Positions 58,500 through 64,000 of a DNA stretch of 64,000 nucleotides are shown one piece after another; within the stretch, counting starts at the first letter, position 1; the number at the start of each line of letters is the position of its first letter. A program made the position numbers and the translations under genes. This DNA comes from an uncultured Verrucomicrobiae bacterium. GTDB taxonomy: Bacteria > Verrucomicrobiota > Verrucomicrobiia > Chthoniobacterales > Chthoniobacteraceae. The stretch spans positions 1,024,001 to 1,088,000 of the forward strand of contig CAWIKF010000002.1 in NCBI GenBank assembly GCA_963836755.1. The letters are read 5' to 3'. The notes under the pieces are model-generated. The model had not been told where the DNA came from, made no database searches, and saw only the letters and a program-made list of their open reading frames with translations.

Positions 58500-59300
58500 A
58501 TGAACCTCGGATTTATCGGCTGCGGCAAAATGGCATCGGCGCTCGTCGAGGGTGTTTTGAGCGCAGGGATTTTTTCCGCAGAGCAGATCTTTGTCAGCGA
58601 TCGCTTTGAGCAAGCCGTTGCGGCGCTGGTGGAAAAGTGCGGCGTTCAGCCTTCCGCGAACAATGCGGAAGTCGCCGCGAAGGCTGATGCACTCTTGCTT
58701 TGCGTCAAACCAGGTGACGTTGCGGCGGCGCTGCAGGAAATGCGCGGCACGCGTGACAAGCTCGTCATTTCCATCGCCGCCGGCGTGACGTTGCAGACGC
58801 TGCAAAAGCACGCGGGCGAGGGGACGCGATGCGTGCGCGTGATGCCGAACACGCCGGCGCTCGTGCACAAGGGCGCGGCAGCTTACGCGCTCGGCGCAAG
58901 TGCGACCGAAGCGGACGCGGCGCTGACGGAGCGAATATTTTCCTCGGTCGGTTTTGTTGCGCGCGTTGAAGAAAAGTTGCTCGATGCAGTGACTGGTCTG
59001 AGCGGCAGCGGGCCAGCTTACATTTATGTCGTTATCGAAGCGCTGGCGAAGGCGGGAGCCGAACAAGGTTTGCCGCAGGAACTGGCGCTGAAGCTGGCTG
59101 CGCAGACCGTAAACGGCGCGGCGTCGATGGTGTTACAAACGAGCATCTCTCCCGACGAGCTCAAGCGAGCGGTGATGAGCCCCGGCGGGACAACGGTCGC
59201 AGGATTGGAAGCCCTGGAAACATCGGGCGTCCGCGCAGCTTTCTCGAATGCGGTGCGCGTGGCGACGGAACGCTCGCGCGAACTTGGCGCAGAGAAATGA
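58500..59300 (+). CDS. proC: Pyrroline-5-carboxylate reductase
   Basis: GFIGCGKM, RVMPNTP, SGSGPAY and SPGGTT motifs. Confidence 0.96.
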   Translation: MNLGFIGCGKMASALVEGVLSAGIFSAEQIFVSDRFEQAVAALVEKCGVQPSANNAEVAAKADALLLCVKPGDVAAALQEMRGTRDKLVISIAAGVTLQTLQKHAGEGTRCVRVMPNTPALVHKGAAAYALGASATEADAALTERIFSSVGFVARVEEKLLDAVTGLSGSGPAYIYVVIEALAKAGAEQGLPQELALKLAAQTVNGAASMVLQTSISPDELKRAVMSPGGTTVAGLEALETSGVRAAFSNAVRVATERSRELGAEK

Positions 59301-59998
59301 TCGGGCCAATGAAATTGCGCGCCGTTGTTTGTTGGCTGTCGCTTTTCGCCGCCGCACATGCGGCACCGCCGGACTCGCCGGCCGCGCTGCCGCAAAAAGT
59401 TCCGGACACGCCGGAGAGTGCGAAACTTTCCACGGAGGCAAAGTCTGCCGCCGAAGCGGGGCTCGTTGCGTTCGCGAAAGGCGATCTCGAAGTGGCTCGA
59501 ACAAAGTTTCAAAAACTCGTGCAACTTTCGCCGGGAAATTTGACGGGATTGGTCAATCTCGGATCGGTGGAATATCGGCTGAAGCACATGGAGGCCGCGG
59601 AAAAGTTGCTCGCGCGCGCGGTGCGCATCGATCCCGACGCGGGCCTCGCGTGGCTCACGCTCGGCGTGATTTATAATGATGAAAACAAGCTCGACGAAGC
59701 GCTCGCGGCGCTGAGTCGCGCGGTGCTGCTCGATCCGAAAAATGCGCGCGCGCACAATGCGCTTGCGGACACTTTGTGGCGCAAGGGCTGGACTGGCGGC
59801 ACGGAGGATGAGCTGCAAAAAACCGTGGAGCTCGATCCCGATTTCGCCGACGCGCACTACAATCTGGCGCTCGCGTATTTGCGCCGCACGCCGCCGGCGA
59901 TTGAACTCGCGCGGCGGCATTATGAAAGGGCGCGCGAGCTCGGCGCGGCGCGGGACGCGGCGGTCGAAAAACAACTTTCGGACGCGCCGGCTCCGTGA
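59297..59998 (+). CDS. Exported tetratricopeptide-repeat protein
   Basis: Signal peptide; repeated TPR helices ending in ..LDP. Confidence 0.85.
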   Translation: MIGPMKLRAVVCWLSLFAAAHAAPPDSPAALPQKVPDTPESAKLSTEAKSAAEAGLVAFAKGDLEVARTKFQKLVQLSPGNLTGLVNLGSVEYRLKHMEAAEKLLARAVRIDPDAGLAWLTLGVIYNDENKLDEALAALSRAVLLDPKNARAHNALADTLWRKGWTGGTEDELQKTVELDPDFADAHYNLALAYLRRTPPAIELARRHYERARELGAARDAAVEKQLSDAPAP

Positions 59999-60053
59999 GT
60001 TTTTCCGCCGCGGAGCTTGCGCAATGCGGATCTTCTTTTTACTTACGCAGCAG

Positions 60054-60950
60054 ATGATGCGCCGATTTTTTACTTTCGCCGCTTGTGCCATCGTGCTCGC
60101 GCTCAGTTGCGACGCCTCAGGTGCAACGAAAAAAAAGACGTCGGCGAAAAAGTCCGCTTCGCAAAGCAGCGATCAAGTGGAAGCGCCGAAGCTGGCCGGC
60201 GGCGTCCCGCTTGTGCGAGCCGCGTCAGTCGTCGTGCTCGATGCGCGCACCGGTGAAATCATTTATGAAAAAAACGCGGACCAGCATCGGCCGCCCGCGA
60301 GCACGCAAAAGCTGCTGACGTCATTGATCGTGGTGGAAGCGGGGAATCTCGACAAGCCGGTGACGGCGGCGGTCGAGGACACTTTCGCCGAACCGGTCAA
60401 ACTGAACCTCCAGCCGGGCGACACGTATCGGCGGATCGATTTGCTGCAAGTGCTGCTCGTGCACAGCATGAATGACGTGGCGCGCTGTCTCGCGCGGGAC
60501 AATGCCGGCAGCGTGGACGCTTTCGCCGACAAGATGAATCGCAAAGCGACGGAACTTGGGATGAGCGAATCGCATTTCGTCAATCCAAACGGACTGCCCG
60601 CGCCAGGCCAGTATTCGACGGCGCGCGACATGTCGCGGGTCGCGTTCGCGGCTTATCAAAACCGGACGATCCGCTCGATCGTATGTCTGCACGAGCTCGT
60701 TTTCCATTACGCCGACGGCCGCGTGCGGACTTTTGAAAACACGAACAAAGTTTTACGCGCGTTTCCATTGTGCAACGGAATGAAAACGGGTTACACGGAA
60801 GCTGCGGGGCATTGTCTTATTTCGAGCGCGAGCAATGGCAGCCACGAAATCATCTCGGTCGTGCTCGGCGACGGTGCCTCGGTTTGGAAAGATTCCTACG
60901 CGCTGCTGCTCTGGGGGCTGGGCAGCGACCGGCTCGGCGCGCGCGAGTAA
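60054..60950 (+). CDS. D-alanyl-D-alanine carboxypeptidase (peptidase S11)
   Basis: PASTQK (SxxK), SMN (SxN) and KTG motifs; signal peptide. Confidence 0.92.
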   Translation: MMRRFFTFAACAIVLALSCDASGATKKKTSAKKSASQSSDQVEAPKLAGGVPLVRAASVVVLDARTGEIIYEKNADQHRPPASTQKLLTSLIVVEAGNLDKPVTAAVEDTFAEPVKLNLQPGDTYRRIDLLQVLLVHSMNDVARCLARDNAGSVDAFADKMNRKATELGMSESHFVNPNGLPAPGQYSTARDMSRVAFAAYQNRTIRSIVCLHELVFHYADGRVRTFENTNKVLRAFPLCNGMKTGYTEAAGHCLISSASNGSHEIISVVLGDGASVWKDSYALLLWGLGSDRLGARE

Positions 60951-62152
60951 TGCCGCGCAGCATCGAGGCGCAGCTGGCAGACCTGCGGACGCGCTCGCTG
61001 CTCCGTCGTCTGCGGGGAATCGATTCGCCTCAGCAGCCGCTGATCGGAACGGAGGGAAAAACAGTCGTTAACTTTTCGTCAAACGATTATCTCGGGCTCG
61101 CAAACGAGCCTTTTTTGCGAGAGGCAGCAAAGCGCGCGATCGACGAATTCGGCGTCGGCGCGGGCGCGTCGCGTTTGGTTTGCGGCAACATGGAGCCGCA
61201 CATGCGCCTCGAGCGGACGCTCGCGGTCTTCAAGCAGACCGAGGCGGCGCTGAGTTTTTCCAGCGGTTACGCAGCCGCGGTCGGCACGATCGGCGCACTT
61301 TGTTCACGGGAGGATGTCGTCATTCTCGACAAGCTCGCGCACGCGTCGCTCATCGACGGCGCACGGCTCAGCGGCGCGCTGCTCCGCATTTTTCCGCACA
61401 ATCACATCGGGAAATTGGAAAGCCATTTGCGATGGGCGCAGGAAAATGTGCCGGACGCGCGCGTGCTCGTCGTGACGGAATCGGTCTTCAGCATGGATGG
61501 CGATCGCGCGCCGCTGCTGGAGATCGTGGAAATCAAGGAGCGCTACGGCGCGATGCTGCTGCTCGATGAGGCGCACGCGATCGGCGTGATCGGCGAGAAC
61601 GGGCGCGGGCTCGCAGCGAAGCGCGGACTGACCGAGCGCGTGGACATCCAGTTGGGCACGCTCAGCAAAGCAGTGGGGACGAGCGGCGGTTATGTTTGCG
61701 GACGCAAGACTTTGATCGAGTTGTTGTTCAATCGCGCGCGAAGTTTCATTTACTCGACCGCGCCATGGCCGGCGGCAGCAGCGACGGCAACGGCAAGCCT
61801 CGAATTTCTGATGTCCGCTGAAGGCGAGTCACGACGGCAGGAGCTTTGGAAAAACGTGCGGCGTTTCTTCGCCGAAATGCCGCCGTCTTTCAGCGCGCCA
61901 TCGCAGCCATCGAGCGCGATTATTCCGCTCATTCTCGGCAGCGAGGAGATCGCGATGGCGGCGTCGCAGTGGCTTTTGGAAAAAGGTTTTCTCGTGCCGG
62001 CGATTCGTTATCCGACTGTCGCGAAAGGCGCGGCGCGGCTCCGCATCACGCTTTGCGCGAGCCACACTGCGGAGCAGATCGGCGGCCTTTGCGCGACGTT
62101 GCACAAACTGCCGGCGAGCGAACAAATCGACACGCGCGCTTGGAAGGACTAA
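60950..62152 (+). CDS. bioF: 8-amino-7-oxononanoate synthase
   Basis: FSSNDYLGL, HASLIDG, SVFSMDGD, DEAHA and GTLSKA motifs. Confidence 0.92.
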   Translation: MPRSIEAQLADLRTRSLLRRLRGIDSPQQPLIGTEGKTVVNFSSNDYLGLANEPFLREAAKRAIDEFGVGAGASRLVCGNMEPHMRLERTLAVFKQTEAALSFSSGYAAAVGTIGALCSREDVVILDKLAHASLIDGARLSGALLRIFPHNHIGKLESHLRWAQENVPDARVLVVTESVFSMDGDRAPLLEIVEIKERYGAMLLLDEAHAIGVIGENGRGLAAKRGLTERVDIQLGTLSKAVGTSGGYVCGRKTLIELLFNRARSFIYSTAPWPAAAATATASLEFLMSAEGESRRQELWKNVRRFFAEMPPSFSAPSQPSSAIIPLILGSEEIAMAASQWLLEKGFLVPAIRYPTVAKGAARLRITLCASHTAEQIGGLCATLHKLPASEQIDTRAWKD

Positions 62153-62161
62153 ATCCAAACC

Positions 62162-63271
62162 ATGACCAAAAAACTCCCTCAGCTCGTTTTGGAACAGTTA
62201 AAGGACGCGCGGCCGCGGCTTGCGCAATCACCGGCGCTCGTCGGCCTCGACGGATTTGTCGACACGATTTTACATGTGGTCGACAAACGTGCATCCGCCG
62301 CGAAATACACGCGCGTCACCGAGATGGAGGAGTTCGCGCGCCGCATTCATTCTGCCGCGGGCCTGAGCGCGAATTTTGAGCTGGTCTCGCAAATGGTAAA
62401 GCTCGGCGGCAACGGCCCGATCATGGCAAACGCACTCGGCAGCTACGGCGCGCCCGTGACATATGTCGGCAACCTCGGCGCGCCGAACGTGCATCCGGTT
62501 TTCGCCAGTTTCGCGAAAAGCGCGCGCGTCATTTCGCTCGCAGAGCCGAGCTACACGGACGCGATCGAGTTCGACAACGGCAAATTGATGTGCGGCAAAA
62601 CCGACAATCTCAAGTTGGTCAACTGGCAGACGATCCTTAAACACCTGCCGGAGGAAAAGTTGTTCGCCGTGATCAAAGATTCCGCGCTGGTCGCGCTGGT
62701 GAACTGGACGATGCTCCCGTTCATGAGCGCGATTTTGCAGAAGCTGCTCACGCGCATCGCGCCGCGGCTGAAGGGCGAAAAGCGCTGGCTCTTTTTTGAC
62801 CTTGCCGATCCTGCCAAGCGGACGCGCGAGGATATTGCGGCGGTGTTGAAGTTGATCGCGAAATTCCAAAAATATTTTCGCGTCGTGCTCGGCCTCAATT
62901 TGCAGGAAAGCCGGCAGATTGGGGATGTGCTCGGCATCCGGCTCGTCGACGATTCATTCTCGAGCGTCACCGAACATGCCGCGCTTATTCGCGAGAAAAT
63001 GAAGATCGAAACCGTAGTCGTGCATCCGACGAGCTTTGCGGCGGCAGCGGATCAAAGTGGCGCGACGCATGTGGTCGGGCCCTACACGGCGAAACCGAAA
63101 ATCACGACGGGCGCCGGCGATCATTTCAACGCTGGCTTTTGCATTGGCCGGCTGCTCGGGTGCGATCTCGCAGCGAGTTTGCAGATCGGCGTAGCGACCT
63201 CGGGCTTTTACGTGCGCGAGGCGAAAAGTCCGCGACTCGACGATCTCAAAAAATTTCTGAAAACCTTGTAA
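62162..63271 (+). CDS. PfkB-family carbohydrate kinase-like protein
   Basis: KLGGNG and TTGAGDHFNAGF motifs. Confidence 0.85.
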   Translation: MTKKLPQLVLEQLKDARPRLAQSPALVGLDGFVDTILHVVDKRASAAKYTRVTEMEEFARRIHSAAGLSANFELVSQMVKLGGNGPIMANALGSYGAPVTYVGNLGAPNVHPVFASFAKSARVISLAEPSYTDAIEFDNGKLMCGKTDNLKLVNWQTILKHLPEEKLFAVIKDSALVALVNWTMLPFMSAILQKLLTRIAPRLKGEKRWLFFDLADPAKRTREDIAAVLKLIAKFQKYFRVVLGLNLQESRQIGDVLGIRLVDDSFSSVTEHAALIREKMKIETVVVHPTSFAAAADQSGATHVVGPYTAKPKITTGAGDHFNAGFCIGRLLGCDLAASLQIGVATSGFYVREAKSPRLDDLKKFLKTL

Positions 63272-63274
63272 AAT

Positions 63275-63309
63275 AAAAAAGGCGGCCGTTCGTGGCCGCC
63301 TTTCTTTTT
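63275..63309. terminator. Bidirectional rho-independent terminator
   Basis: aaaaaa-ggcggcc-gttcgt-ggccgcc-tttctttt between convergent genes. Confidence 0.88.
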
Positions 63310-63326
63310 AAGGGTTGCTTTGAGAT

Positions 63327-63800
63327 TTATTGGGAGTCGGCGCTGGCCTTCTTTTTCTTGGTCTTGCCGGCGCCGGCGGTTTTCGCGCCGACTTTCAGCA
63401 TTTTGACTTCGAGAGTTCCGTCGCTCGATTTCGTGTAGGAGCCGCGAACGGATTCGCCGACTTTCAAGTCATCCCACGTGGCCGTGGCGTCGGTATCGCC
63501 CTTCGAAAGCGTCGTGCTGTCGCCGATCACAAAGGTGCGGCTTTCGCCTTTTTTCGAGGTGAGGGTGATTGTCTTTTTGTCTTTGTCGGCGCTCGCGATT
63601 TTGCCTTTGAACGGCAATGACATCGCCTTTGTTTCCTTGCTGGCCGATGTTGCCGCAGCGGGCGTCGCCGCCTCGACCGGTTTGTCGGGGCCGTTGTCCG
63701 GTCGTGCGGGCGCGGGCGTGCTGTCAGCCGCGTTCAGCGAAGTCGCAAATGCGGCGGCGGCGAGCGCGGTGATGGTGAAAAGATGCAGTTTATTTTTCAT
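63327..63800 (-). CDS. Small exported Lys-rich hypothetical protein (OB-fold/DUF5666-like)
   Basis: Signal peptide; FKGKI...TITL...DLKVGESV.GSY pattern. Confidence 0.7.
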   Translation of the reverse strand: MKNKLHLFTITALAAAAFATSLNAADSTPAPARPDNGPDKPVEAATPAAATSASKETKAMSLPFKGKIASADKDKKTITLTSKKGESRTFVIGDSTTLSKGDTDATATWDDLKVGESVRGSYTKSSDGTLEVKMLKVGAKTAGAGKTKKKKASADSQ

Positions 63801-63901
63801 ATGGATTTTCATGTGTTAGCTGAGACGCAAACATTCCTAACTTAATCAAAGTTCTTTGCGAGAAAAGTCGGTGAAACAAAATTTCTCATCCTGACAACGC
63901 A

Positions 63902-64000
63902 CTAAAAATCGAGCAGCCACGTGAGGAGGCCGTGCGTCGGCTGGACGCGCGCGGCGGGATAAGTCGCTCCGCCCGCCAGGATTTCGTCGACGACGCCGGA
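63902..64000 (-). CDS. pgl: C-terminal end of a probable 6-phosphogluconolactonase (runs off the window edge)
   Basis: Manual translation SGVVDEILAGGATYPAARVQPTHGLLTWLLDF* matches the typical Pgl tail. Confidence 0.6.
   Translation of the reverse strand, partial: SGVVDEILAGGATYPAARVQPTHGLLTWLLDF

Overview
This GC-rich bacterial window is most consistent with Verrucomicrobiota (Spartobacteria/Chthoniobacterales-like). That placement is inferred from the PEP-CTERM-like motif, the A2-type oxidase, the Ser/Thr-kinase/ECF-sigma pair and the gene order. Most genes are housekeeping: rseP-dxr-cdsA, a dynamin-like GTPase, mtnP, LysR/yggS, cox I/III/IV, manA, ftsK-rodZ-rimO, asd, sod, glmS, a molybdopterin cluster, topB-dprA, tRNA-Pro(CGG), queG-aroK, and purE-purK-sua5-murJ-gdh-proC-dac-bioF-pfkB. 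Small accessory patches hold the most unusual signals. (1) At two separate loci a small orphan gene sits beside a degenerate 21-bp-period repeat array; the first array is built from 14-bp palindromes and lies beside a candidate structured RNA with its own terminator. (2) Integron-cassette-like genes with no integrase flank asd, and one is bracketed by a decayed duplication of the asd 3' end. (3) A 2672-aa cytoplasmic hendecad/heptad coiled-coil protein is present. Three single-base insertions (orphan gene near 4195, sua5, murJ) probably reflect assembly errors and create a false Sua5-MurJ fusion in the ORF track. No CRISPR array, integrase, transposase or reverse transcriptase was recognised.
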